Assembly: GCA_036172245.1 (NCBI GenBank)
Contig: JAYWIR010000017.1
Span: 496,001-560,000 of the forward strand
Source of the DNA: Raillietiella orientalis
Taxonomy: Eukaryota
DNA length: 64,000 nt
Reading direction: 5' to 3'
In this document: in pieces, positions 29,732 through 42,285 of the stretch
Layout: the number at the start of each line of letters is the position of its first letter
Position numbering within the stretch: the first letter of the stretch is position 1
Translations under genes and position numbers: made by a program
Notes under the pieces: model-generated
What the model was told of the DNA's origin: nothing
What the model saw: the letters and a program-made list of their open reading frames with translations, nothing else
Databases searched by the model: none

Positions 29732-30523
29732 TCAATCATGTTGAATCTCATCACTTCTGCTTTTGAATTCTGGGTACTGTCCTATTTCTTCAATAGTTTG
29801 TAATAAATATCCCTGAATGCAAAAATGAATTTTTAAATTTTTCATCTCATATCACAAGTGTCACATATTTTATCCAACTATTTCATAATGACTAGACCTG
29901 AAAAACTAATAGGCTTAAGAAGCCTTAGCAAATCTTTCCCTTTTCTTCATGATGATTACTAATTTAGATTTTCCATACTCACATTTTTTCATGGAAAAAA
30001 AGATAATCTGTAATTCTGATTGCCTTGCCTATCACAATTCTTTTTTCATCATATGATTTTACCATCCATGCCAGATGATGACCTGTAATATCCATTTGCA
30101 AATATGAATTTCAAATCTATTACATTTCACTTTGAATGGATATTCACATATTACAAATGAAACTTATTCAAGTCGATTTCGTTTAATTTTCCCTCAACAG
30201 AAATTTTCGATTTATCTCTATTTCATTCTTACCTAATATTTTATTCTGAAACATGAACTGCTAACCATGCTTATTAATCTTGAATTATTACTCATTTTAT
30301 GCTCTACTGCTGAATCACTAAGACAACACTTTTGGTTCATTCTTCACAACCTACTTTTCCACATGATCTGGATTTATTATTCTCATATTTACCTTACAAT
30401 ACCTATAACAATTCCTAACTATTTTAAAAAGCTCTAACAACTGTAGCTACTTCCATCATGAAAAATCTTTTACTTGAACACAAATAAGATGATGAGACTA
30501 CAAATGTCAGAAACCTGAATCAT
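29732..30523 (-). CDS. Candidate microexon gene encoding a ~57-aa microprotein (join 30523-30474, 30402-30393, 30245-30233, 30082-30063, 29812-29732)
   Basis: Four GT-AG introns of 71, 147, 150 and 250 nt (donors gtaaaa/gtaaat/gtaaga/gtaaaa; acceptors ttatag/tttcag/ttacag/attcag). Only one spliced frame stays open: MIQVSDICSLIILFVFKYCKNKILGHHLAWMGYLLQTIEEIGQYPEFKSRSDEIQHD*. The 5' end is uncertain, with alternative acceptors at 30514 and 30497. Confidence 0.45.
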
Positions 30524-33500
30524 TTGAATTAATTTTGGGGAAGAAAAAAAAATAGGAATCAACTGGAATTTGCAGGGCAAGAACAGTAATCCATTGCAAC
30601 TAGATTACAACAGTCTTGAAAAACAAAACTAGTTAAAATTGGAACCAAAGTTGAAATGATAAAAAAAAGATAAGGACACAGAAAAATACGGGCAGACAAA
30701 GGCTTTTCCAAACCAAACTATTAAAAATTAACAGGGAACAAATCACTACTAAGATAACACAACATGAAGTCCCTCCCCCAAAATAACAAAGACAGACAAT
30801 AAATGCAAAAAGTACGAATTTATAAAATGATAAAATGTGACACATGAATGAAGTAATAAATAATCTTATTATTACAACAATTCTACCTCAGAAATTTCAC
30901 CAATTCTTGGAATGTAGATAAATACCCGGGCAGTACCACAGAGAACACAGAACAAATTTTTATGCAAATACCAGTAGCACTCTTAATAAGTCCAAATACT
31001 TGGAATTTGGAATTTTGTTATTTTTGGAATAAAAATACGAATAAGAAATAATATTTAAGAAATAATTGCTGACTGTATATCCGATTTGCATAGACATGGG
31101 TTATTTAATACTTGCAAACGTTTATACTTGAATGTGTGTGCATATGATTATCTCGATATACACATTCGTATACAACAATGCATGTATAACAAATACAGAT
31201 GCATGTCATGTATGAAGGCACTATGTGAAAATATCGAAGCACTGAACACTAGGAACTTGAAAAAAATCAGCTACTTGTACAAGTAGCTATAGAATTCTTA
31301 TCGACATAGTTCCCATTAACAAACGATTTCCAAAGAAAAGTTATTTTTTTAAATGCCAGGTTTGCAATTTTTAATTTTTTTTTGATTTCCAGTGCACTAA
31401 AAAAGATAGGCTTATACGAAGGTAATCGTAATTGACTTCTCTGCAAATGCCTAATAAGAACACATTTATGGAACACTTAATTTTTTTCTTGTTTTCGAAA
31501 ATGTGCTCTACTTCGTAATAAGTTGTGGAATTTTTATTGAGTTAAAATTATATAAATAGATGAACATCATATAAATATAAGTTTATTAAATTATAATTAT
31601 AATGATTCGAGAAGAAAGAATATAGTTGGTTTTACCGAACACAGGTGTTCATTTCAAGGATTAGTGACTCCTAAGTTCCTATAGTAAATCAAACAAGTAA
31701 AGAGTGAGACACAATGAAAGCTCAAAATACGAAAAATTAACTCCAAGTTAGAAACTCCTTTCATGTGCTAGAAAAAGCCAAATAACATAATCAATTTGCC
31801 ATAATCTATTATACGCCGAAGCAATAAATACAGTTTCATCAATAATGTAACCAATGATTTCGAAGTTCTCACAAGAAGGAAGTGATTTACAATATTAATA
31901 ATCGAGGAATGCACAAAAAACTAATGGAGTCAGAATATATTGTTTACAATAGATGAAACGTAAGTATAATTTTGGTCTTTCAGATTTGCCGGCTGTTTCC
32001 AATAGACTACAAATAGAGTTCTTGGCGAGTTGCATTGCATTGAGAACACAGTCTCAAGAGTTTATAAATGTATAAGATGTGTTTTATGTTTTAATGAGGA
32101 GATTCAGCTCTCGAAAGAAATCACTGAAGTTTGAACTTCAATAGCTCGTAGCGAAAAAGAGGAACATAAGAGATATGGAAGTATGAAGGGATCCCATAAG
32201 GAGACTGTCAATAGAATGGAGACTTTTTTTACTACAATAATGCAAATATCGAGTCCTAGAACACGTTGTATACGAAGATGAAGGATTTCACAAAATTTGG
32301 ATAGATTCCATCCGATATGGTTGTGTTCTCTCTTGCAATAGTTTCGAGGAAGTTGACTGATTTTGCAGTTATTTGTATGACTTTTCTTTTGAAGGCGCCT
32401 TCCTTAATACATATCAACTAAAAGATAGTGCTCATTACAGGAATAGTCTTGAGTTACGAAAATGCTGTGCTGTATACATATATTTTCCCATATGTTGTCA
32501 TGGGATATGCACAAGAATAAAGATGGTTTTAGAGTTATAGATTTGCAGGAATAGACATTAAAAAAAAAAAAAGAATTCGCAGAAGAGCAGTTCCAAAAAC
32601 CATTGATGTAAATAACACATCCATGAAGATTAAGGAAAGGTTTCTATATACAAAAAGTCAAAACTTAGCTTAATAGTTGAAAGATGAGTTCCCATTGCGA
32701 TAGAATGGAAGAACTTGTATATGCAACCTTTTCATCGGTGGCTATATTTTCAAGTTTTCCATAAATTTCCACTATGTGTAGCTTTGATATTGCGCAAGAA
32801 AGAATATGAAAATCATGAAAAAGGAATAAGTATTAATAAGGAAAGCTACTTATCTTTTAACTTTTGATCTTAACTTCATTGATAGCATGATTTAGTAATG
32901 AAAAAGCGTTATAAAGCCAGATAAATTTGTGCAATGGATATCCAGATGGATTGCATAATAGGTACGAGACACTTCAGACAGCATTTTGAAAATGTCGTTC
33001 TGCACTTTTCAAATACCGCAATCATTTGTTTCAATCAATCTAGAATGTCTCTTTCCTGCTCATACATCTGAGATTCAAATACAGCTGGAGTGGCTTGAAG
33101 GAGATCTGCGAGTATTTCGAAATGTCCTGTAAGCAAATAGTACAGCGCGAGAACAAACTTAAAACACATAAACATGCATCATTCGGGACTAATCTGTAAG
33201 TTACAAGAGAATCAAAATGATTATGCCATTCTTCTTTATAAATCTAGCATCGGAAGAGAATGGTACCTATTTTTCCATAAGTGGGGAGTTTAGTTCCAAA
33301 ACAGGATGATTATTGAGGAATTCTAGGAGAGAATAAAGAAGCTTACATAAAGAAAAAAGTGATCGTTGACACCTGAGAAATAAATGCAAAGTAAAATGTG
33401 AACGAAATGAAACAGAAAAGACTGAAGGAAATGCAGCACAATGGGAGTGATAAATTAAAAATAGCGAACGTAGGCAGAACAAACTGGGCAAAGTATCGGA

Positions 33501-34387
33501 TCAACCCTGCACAAGAGAGCAGATCACGTTCCAAGCATTCTGTTTGATGAAGTACCCTTACATAGTGGGAAGGAACATGCAAACTATCAGATCGTAATCG
33601 ATCATAGCTGGTTTATCTTTACATAGAAAGGTAAGATGATGTTTCCATCTTATGAGAGGACAGGGAAGAAGACACAATTATCCACGCTGTCCAACGTTCA
33701 CTTGACTATAGAGGCACAGTAAGGAGACTATGGACAGCAACATGAAAGTTCGTTCCAGGAGAGGAGTCGAACACAAATACTTTCACATAACTGTCGCATG
33801 TTGAGTAGATTGGCAGGAAAGTCCATCACTCTGGATCATTGCGTGCTACTGGAAACCATGAGTTTTCTCGTCTCCCATATAAATTCTGAATAATTGTGTT
33901 CGTGTAATCTTCAATTCTAGGAGTGAATACCTCCCGAATTCAGATGATCACGGAGATTTGGAAGCCTCCAAGACAACTTTGATGTTTTCTCTCTTCTCTC
34001 TCGTTGCTGAAAACACTGCAGGTTTTCGAAGGGACACCACACATCACATTGGAAAAAACACCCAATTCTGCCTTCAAAGTGTGGTCGTAGGTCTTCTCAA
34101 CATCTGAGACCTGTTGAGTGCTGCTCCGTGCCATAGCTTTAGTGCCGTGAACCACCAGATCATCACGTCTGGTTGTATAAAGATAAGCCTCCTTATGATG
34201 ACTTCGTATGTGAGATACAGTGTCTCGTCACTCGTCAGCGGACTTGTCAAGAACCTGCATGAGGAACGATCTTCAGTGTTCTTCCTCGCTGCACAACTCG
34301 AATGGAAATCGGTTCTTTCGAAACTTCTGTAGATTTGCTTTGGAAGAGACTCTGAACTATTCTAGAGATTATGAAGATGGAGGAAAA

Positions 34388-34430
34388 AATGACAAAGAAA
34401 TAGCCAGTTGATGGCTATTTCTTTGTCATT
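34388..34430. repeat. Perfect 19-bp inverted repeat, 5-nt loop
   Basis: aatgacaaagaaatagcca-gttga-tggctatttctttgtcatt. Confidence 0.9.
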
Positions 34431-36246
34431 GCATCGAATGTTTTGTTAGATTCCAAATATTTCCAGAATCTGATTCGTTCTTTAATATAAAGTCGTGCAA
34501 GTTTACTCTGATTGAATAGTTCTTCTTTTAAGAAAACTCTTTGAAATCTCATTCCATCCTTAAGATCCTTGAACTTCCTCTAACTTACAAGTCTTGAGTA
34601 TTTATGCAGTATGCTGTTTACTCTTTTGGTGCTCTCAATAAATTATCTGATGACGCCGTCAATTGTGAGCTTGTATGATGACGATTAAATCGATGAAACT
34701 GCTGTCTATTAAAAGAATCAGCATTCTAATGTGAGTATAAAGAGAGCTTAACAGATTCGTTCCCTCTTGACACACTCTTTCTGATTCTCGGCTTATTAGG
34801 ACGTCGGCAAAAGACTTACCATTACTCCTTTCATGTTATCAATAAAGGCGAACTACTTAAAATCGGCTTTGTGGAGAAACGTAACCAAACCTAAGGTTTC
34901 AAGTAGCTCACTCTGTGTAAACTTACACCCAAGTCAGAAGAAACATTTCTTTGAGCTTAGTATCTTAGTTACGTCACATGTGCTTTCTCCTTGAGCGTTG
35001 ATTTTTGAAGTGTCTGCTTCTGTTGCTTGCCGATGACTGTATTAATCAGTACAAAAGATGAGGATGAAACTCCGTCCTTGCTTTGCAGAAGTTCTCAGTC
35101 TCGCAAATGCATCTTTATCCCTTAAATGCTTTGTTCTATTTTTCTAGTTCCATCTTATTTTTTCATATTATCCATTTTCATTTTTCTTCTCTTTGGATAT
35201 AGTTGTGTTTCTAAAAATATTTTATATGTGATCTCATGGAAAACCCACCAAAACTTCCTTATTTGCTGATGTCTTGTGTACCTTCTAAGAAATTCATTCA
35301 GATTACCACATGAACAGCTCTGATCTCTATTCACCACTCTTGGTTTCTTGCTCCTGTTCTCTTGAACCTCGATCGTTCCTTCAGCTCATGTAAGATTTCT
35401 TGATAAAAAAAAGACAGAGAGTAAGTTATCTTGAGGGCAGGGCTATTCGTTCTTTTTAAAGAAGAAAAGCAAAATGAGAATTGAAGAAAACAGAAAGCTT
35501 TTGCAGCTCAACACTTAGTATCAGCAAGCTAATCTCTGCGGGTACCCTGATCGCCTGTTAGCAGCAATTTGTCTCTTTTCTTAGGCAAGAGATTCGAACT
35601 TCAGAAGGAAGATAGGTCAAAGGTATTGAATTGACTGATTGGAAATAATTTCACCCAGCAGTACAACGACTGGTCGCCAAAACTACGCGTATGTTTTCTT
35701 TAAATACTTGCCTAGTTCTAGTCACCTTCTTCCCCGATGTCTCCAGAACAGTTTTGCAGAGAGCTTACTATGATCCTCTTCAAAGCTCAGCAGTTAGATT
35801 AATGGAATTCCCAGGAGATGATGCTTAGGGTCGTGCGTACATTTAGCATATAACTGGATTGTCAATTAGTAATTATTATTTTAGTAAAACGAAGGCAATT
35901 TCTGATAAGTGAAATTCAAACCCCCAAAGCATTTTGCCTACACCTCATTCCTTGCGTATTCCGACTTGAGTTTATTAATGAATGAGTAGGGAAAGGATAG
36001 AAGTACGTGATAGTTGCAATGAAACAGAATCAATACAAGTCACTCCTATTCTCCTATTAGTTTGGATCACTATCATTGTGCCATCTCAGTTTTTCAAAAA
36101 CTGCAATAAGATAATCTTGCAGAATCAAGGAAAGGTAGAAGAAAGTCAAGAATCAAAAGGGTGGGTGCAATAAATCTTAGAATAATTATCTAGCAGTTTG
36201 TGACCCAATTATCATTTTTAGCTAATTACTATTTGCAATCTTATGA

Positions 36247-36299
36247 AATTTCAGAAGTCTGAAGTCTGAATTTTCTTCAAACTTCAGGCTTCTGAAATT
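36247..36299. repeat. Imperfect 24-bp inverted repeat built from ctgaagt-like units
   Basis: aatttcagaagtctgaagtctgaa-ttttc-ttcaaacttcaggcttctgaaatt, two mismatches. Confidence 0.75.
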
Positions 36300-38616
36300 C
36301 AGAGTTTGAAGAACTTGGAGTTCAGAAAAGTCTAAAGTTCATGGCTTCAGCAATTTTTTGAAGAATAAACGGTTTTTGTCGGAACAAGGACAAACGTAAG
36401 AAAGACTGCAAGATGAGCCAAATTATGGATTTCTTATTTAAATGGAGAATTTTCTCTAAAGTGATGTTTTAATCATGCAAATGATTAAGGGCACTGGAAG
36501 ACAGCACAGCAGCAAAGTGCGATTGATGGTACACGATAGAATGTTTTTTCCTTTATTCTCAACCAAGAAGAGAAGAACAAAATAATTTTTTTTTTAATTC
36601 TTGGAATAATGAACTTTATCTTTAATATATAATATTTCGGCTGTTGTTGCAGCTCTGACGATCTTTCAATTCAGTGAAATCAACAAAGTTTCTCTTCTCA
36701 ATGTCATTTGCAACCATTTTCTGTGGAAGAGTTTTCTGATCATCATTACTAAAATCCATGTTGATTTAAGAACCAACATGAACTGACAATCCACCCGACT
36801 GGTTTCTCGGAATACTGGTTTCTATGAAATGAAATGAACTCATATCAAAGGCAAAAGAAAGGAGCTGCAGGAAATACGAAAACTTTGTATTTCCTTTGCT
36901 TCCGGAAAACAGGAGGACTCTTCTTTACCACAGGACACAGAGTATTCTGGGGGGAAAATGATAGTCACTTCATGCAGGTAGCTTTGCTGGAAAGGCTATG
37001 TTTAACATGGATGCGGATCATTCTGCACTTCTCACTAGTAGGAAACCATGTTGTCAGAAAGTAATTCTAGCTTATAAGATAAATGCTCACTGAAAAGGTT
37101 TTATGGCCTGACTGCTGCTTGTTTTGGAAACAGATAACGAGGATACCTTTCATCATTAAAAAGATCATAAACATCATTTATTCCTTTCTCTCTATCCTAA
37201 TTGTCCTTGTGGTTCTGCATATGCCATTATAGTGTACTTGCACAGCAACATGGGCAAACAGCAACTTGTTCTGCACAAAACGGGAAATCCTTCGAAAGGT
37301 AGAGATGTCTTAGATTGCAGCAGTATGCATTGGTTGGGGGTATTTCATCTCGAAACTGAAGATGTGCAATCTTTCAGTACAGAGATCATTAGCAAATAGA
37401 TCCCGCTTCTAAGAGTTATTTGCGATTACTTTTTGTAGTTGAGCTTTGTAATTTTCCCTTTCCCCCAATCATTACTAAAATTCCCCGCCGTGGCTTCAGT
37501 TATGATTCCGAGGAATCGAAAATCAGGATTAAGACTTGAATTTTCAAACTATTTGAAGTTTCTCTGAGTGGAAATTCGTTGGGAAATCCAATTTATAAAT
37601 CGCGTATAGATCAGCAGATGGTTGGTACTAATTATTCGACATGCAAAACACAGTTGTCATCCAATGTCAGTGATGTTCCCCATAGAAACAGACAGGGAAT
37701 ATTGACTGCTTGTTTTTTGGAACTAGTGAACTTCCTTAAAATTATAGCCTACACAAAGGCATCTCGAGCAATTACCTTCGTGTAATAGAAGTTTCGTACA
37801 CGCGTACGGTGTTTTTGATGTTTACCTTGTTGAATTGAAGTTAGGTTGGTTCTGTGGCCTAAATTCACACGTGCTTGAAATGCTTGTTTGATTATTTGCA
37901 TCTTATAGAGGTACGCCTTAACGATGCTGCTTTTTTATGTAATTTATATACGAATTTTATTCTGGGGAAGTATCATCAACTCTTTCATCATCTCGTTCAG
38001 CACAGCACCGTCACCTGAGTATGAACAAAGTGACTTGATCTGCTTGATCTCATGAGTACTTATAGATTATTCGGTCTTATCATCAGTGAGTTCTTTCACT
38101 AAATACTATAAACGAGTTCGTTTATCCAAAATAATTTATTTTTGAGCTTACCATATTTTAGATTTTTAAATAGAAAAGCAAGGATCATGCTGCACGTGCT
38201 CTACGTGGAGAATACTTATGCATTTGTTACGGTTCATGTAATAAATCCGGTTAGTATTAATAATTACCTGATATTATTAATCATAACCAAATAAAAAGGT
38301 GAAAGTGAATAATAACACGCAATAATTACATTTAACGGTAAATATTCGTATTACCAGGGGAGCCTGGTAAATTTTATAGGAGCATGTTTTATAATATTTA
38401 TCATTAAAACATACATGCATTAATTATTACATAAACAAGTTCTTGACAAATCAAAGAAAAAGAAAAGCAGACTTATGACACAAAATCACGACATACAAAT
38501 TATCCAAAATTGCGACACATTTATACAAAAATGAGTTAATTTTTATAAAGGTTGGATAGAAATGCATGAATAAGACAAGAATGTAATGTTATTATGTGGT
38601 TATAAAAAAATATATA

Positions 38617-39480
38617 TTTATTTTTGCAGAAAGAGCTTTTGTGGCATTTGGAATTACAAAGGATTGTTCGCTTTTTACATTTGCAGCTATTTGAATTGCA
38701 ATAGCCTGTACCATTGCATTATGCGAATCCTTGACCACCTAAATTAGAATAATTGCACCTCTTAGACTTGTTTCAATATCTGGAACTTCACGAACTGAAA
38801 TAAAAGCTTCCGTGCAGTCATTAAATTCATTCCTTGTATAGAATCGGATTTGTACCGAGATTATACAAGTTTTCATTCTCAGTACAAATTATAACAGCTA
38901 CAATATTCCGGTTATCGGCCTTAGCCCTATCTGCATCTGGAATCCTTCCGTACGCTTTCTCCTATATACGCCATTGGACATTTAAGTCTTCGGAAGCCGT
39001 AACATTTTTTCAGCTTCCCATCTCAGTGGCTGCTTAGCAGAGTTTCGAGCTCCCTGAATCGTTTCAGAGATTTCATTGAGTGCAAAAGAAGAATCTTCCT
39101 TGTTTTTTTCACTATTTTCCAATTCAACATTGGCAATTTTTTTTAACTTTGTCATCTTTCCTATCGATCTTTTTTCTATTTCAGAAGAATGTTGTTCGTC
39201 TTTGATTTGGCTAACACTCTTATTTCTATATTTTCTTGGATCTCCAGCAGCTGTTAACTGCAATTCTTCACTCGAATCATCTATTTCCACTTCCACATTG
39301 TCATCATTTTCTGTCCACATATCGCCATCCTCCTTTGAGATGATTCTCTGAAGTTCCACATCACTATTCGATTGATCTTTTCCTATCGTCTCAAGATCAT
39401 CTTCACTGGTGATTTCTGACAAAGTGCCGATTGGAAAGTCTGTTTTCAAAACTACTTTAGTTTTGCAGCCTTTACAGCCA
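38617..39480 (-). pseudogene. C-terminal half of a KRBA2/SCAND3-like (Ginger2) integrase
   Basis: GCKTKVVL...ITSEDDLE, ARNSAKQ..AEKML, IPDADRAKADNRNIVAVI, YNLGT, YTRNEF, SLR, and the Cys-rich tail GGQGF..C...CNSNSCKCKK..ILCNSKCHKSSFCKNK. Frameshifts and stops present; DDE core missing. Confidence 0.8.
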
Positions 39481-39587
39481 ATTTGAGAGCCCTCGCTTTT
39501 TTCTCCGGGGGGCAGGAATACGCGGTGACCCACGCACGTCCTAATCCGACGTGATATTTTTCTGCTCCTCGCGAGCTTCGAACTTGA

Positions 39588-40356
39588 CCCTCTATAGCCC
39601 GGTGTGACTCACATACTAATATCTCCATATCTTTTTGATTTATTTAATTTTTTAAATAATAAAGGCGGCATATACATCTTGTTCTATGACGTCTCCTTGG
39701 TAACAGATGTAACAGCCTTGGTAACGGATATCAAGTCTAACCCGAGATATCGGGATAAATGCTTTTGCAAGTTGTCTATAAATGTGCAGTTGCTATTATT
39801 TTTCGTTCTATCGGTGTTTTTATAAACAAAAAAAAGCCTACCTAATAGCTCTTGGTCTGTGTATCAATAATCTCTTATTTGCTTGCATTTGAACAATCAT
39901 TTCGTTGTTACTTTCACATGATGCAGCTTTGTGACTTTCAGGTCACAATGATCTCTAATAGCAGGACGAGGTGTATCAACCACTGTAGACGAACAATTAG
40001 AAGAGGAGAAGAAAAGGGGAACAAGTGCAACACTTCCAGTAGAAAACGTGCAAAGATCGCACATTGGCCAATGTTTTCTGATAAGAGGGGGCACACTGCA
40101 AAAAGCCCAGATGCAAAGGAGTTCCAAAGATGAAAGGTTCGAAATGCAACCTACACCTATGATTAAAGCCAAGAGCAAACTGTTTCATGGAATTCCATAC
40201 TTGGGCTTTTCTTACACGCACAATTGCGTTGTACGTTGTACGCCGTTGTAACCCCAAAATTACAAAGCATATTCGCTAAAATAAAATCATTCAAACAACT
40301 GAATTCATCACTGATTTGCATTTAGATTTAAAAAAAAAAATTCGGACCGTAGAGGG
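39588..40356 (+). mobile_element. Non-autonomous, internally deleted piggyBac (PGBD-like) nested in the Ginger2 element
   Basis: Ends are ttga|CCCTCTATAGCCCG ... CGGACCGTAGAGGG|ttaa (14-bp TIR with 3 mismatches; TTAA on the right, TTGA on the left). Carries a transposase C-terminal Cys-rich domain at 40062-40201: HWPMFSDKRG/HCKKPRCKG...KCNLHL*...NCFMEFH. Confidence 0.75.
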
Positions 40357-41989
40357 TTAACGTATTGACAATCAGTAGATTTACCAGTGATAGTTGCGAA
40401 TTATTAATAATTACTGGTTTATGTGACAAATTCTTATAAATTATTCACTTTGATTTTTTTATTTGGTTATTATTAAAAATAGCCTGTAATTATTAATATA
40501 AACCGATTAATCACTTGAACCGTAAAACATTTATTATCGCAAATGATTGGTCGTGTTTAAATTAATGCGTGTAAATTTTAATTAATGCGTTTTAATTGGA
40601 GTTCTACCCCTTCATATATTTATGAGCTTAGTTGCGATTTCTTTTCTGAGATTTCTGAGGTTATCGATTGTCACGGTTTCCTGCTGTTTCCATGATCAAA
40701 GAATCAGAGCTCCTACACAGTTGGGCTTCTGAGTGGATGTTTGCATCATTTGCCATCCATGTGGCTTTAGAAAACTTGCACCTCGGTAGAATTAGCCTCT
40801 GGTCAACTGACCCGCATTTGAAATCGAAGCTCTTCGGTTGTGTCAGGACCACTTCAGAACTAAACTTTTCCAGGGAATACTAAGGGAGCTCGAAGACTTG
40901 GAAACATCCTCCGTGTGACCCTGATTCAGGCATCGGATTTCGTATGGAACAAACTGGAGGCGATATCGCTGCTTGCTATCGTCAGAATCCGAGATACTAA
41001 CAGATGAATAGACCGATGGCTAATTGGAACCAGCACTACTTACAGAAGGCTCTGCTCAACCTCAACTTTCGGGGCACAGTTAGAGTAAGAAAAAATCTTG
41101 AACCGCTGACTGCTAGTTATCTCTTTTCCTGAATTATTATCAAGTCCGAAAATGAGAATGAATGCCATCGCTGTAAGTCTCAATCAAAAATTCATTGATG
41201 TCCACGAACAGCAGGGGTAAACGACAAAGTATTAAGAATCTGGGAAGCTGGCTTTGATTCCTGAATCCCATTAGCCAAGAAGTTCTTGCGCTAGTAAGCA
41301 AACGAACATTTTGTCCGTTTACAACTTCCACAGTCACATTAGGTCTCGGAAATGACAATCCTCAAAGCTATTTTAAAATTTTCAGTGATGGCTCCCGCAT
41401 CCGAGTAATTTTCTTGGAAGATTCTTTCTCGAATAGTAATGAATTTGTTGATTTCTTGAGCACAGAATTTGTGGTCATGGGACCGTCCAATACAGATTCA
41501 GAAATGGAATCTCTATCGAGTTCTCACTACGATAATTGCAGACACAGTTTCGGATCCATAGAAAATTATTCTACCTTTTGGCCTTCAGGACGGAATCATG
41601 AACTCAAAGAAGCGAACAAGTTGGTGTCCTGAGTCATCAAACTTTTCTTTTGACCTCAGGATATTCAGCAATCGACTGCTGCAAGCGTGAGTAGCAAGTC
41701 TTAAGACTGCTGCATGGTCCGGGGATTTTCTCAGTATGCTCTCCTCATCGACGAAAGTGATCTCTTGGATCATAGACGACTTCCACTGTATTTTTCAAGG
41801 AATTGGCTGTTGCTTGCGAATATGGATCTGATGCAAAACCGAGCACATTGACGGTCGTTTAGGACGACATCCACTCTCCAGCCTGGGAAATGTTTGCAGT
41901 TAGAATAACCACAGTTCCCCTCCCCCCTTTTTTTTGTGCATGTTTTTGGGGTTTCTGATGTTTTTCCTGTAATCCATTTCAGGATGTGC

Positions 41990-42285
41990 AGCACTGAAAC
42001 TATCGATAAGAAGGAATGGTTATTGGATAATGGCTTCTTTGCCATCTAAGAAGTGCGTTCTCGGACGTGCCACATTGAATCGCAGTCCATGTGTTTGCGG
42101 CGTGCATAAAACACAGGAACATTGCAGCCATGCCTCTTGCAGACGCGAAAGTTCAATGGAATACTTATTCCAGGAGTGCTGCAAAAAGGACAAACAGCAT
42201 AGTGATTAAGGGAGGAATACTTTGCCACACATAAAGGACGTAACTTAGATGAAAGCACATTTGCATAGTTGATTTGACAGACGAT
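41990..42285 (-). pseudogene. RING-B-box (TRIM-like) pseudogene fragment
   Basis: One frame reads IVCQINY...LCVAK...VCPFC...PLNFRVCKRHG..VFY....C.....H...*..NHSFLSI, i.e. RING start and end, PxNF linker and B-box, with several ligands lost and an in-frame stop. Confidence 0.4.

Larger units (their letters stand above)
38225..40527 (-). mobile_element. Ginger2/KRBA2-like integrase DNA transposon, internally deleted
   Basis: Imperfect ~90-bp TIRs (38225-38313, starting TGTTACGGTTCA; 40441-40527, ending TGAACCGTAAAA) flanked by a 4-bp direct repeat CATT (38221-38224 and 40528-40531). Contains an integrase C-terminal remnant. Confidence 0.75.

Noticed and set aside
30083..30473. snoRNA-host-gene interpretation of the microexon chain
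   Set aside because: No convincing box C (RTGATGA) plus box D (CTGA) pair or H/ACA structure was seen in the introns inspected.
30633..30845. 70-aa very hydrophobic ORF
   Set aside because: Its hydrophobicity is explained by T-rich intron/UTR-like composition; no independent support.
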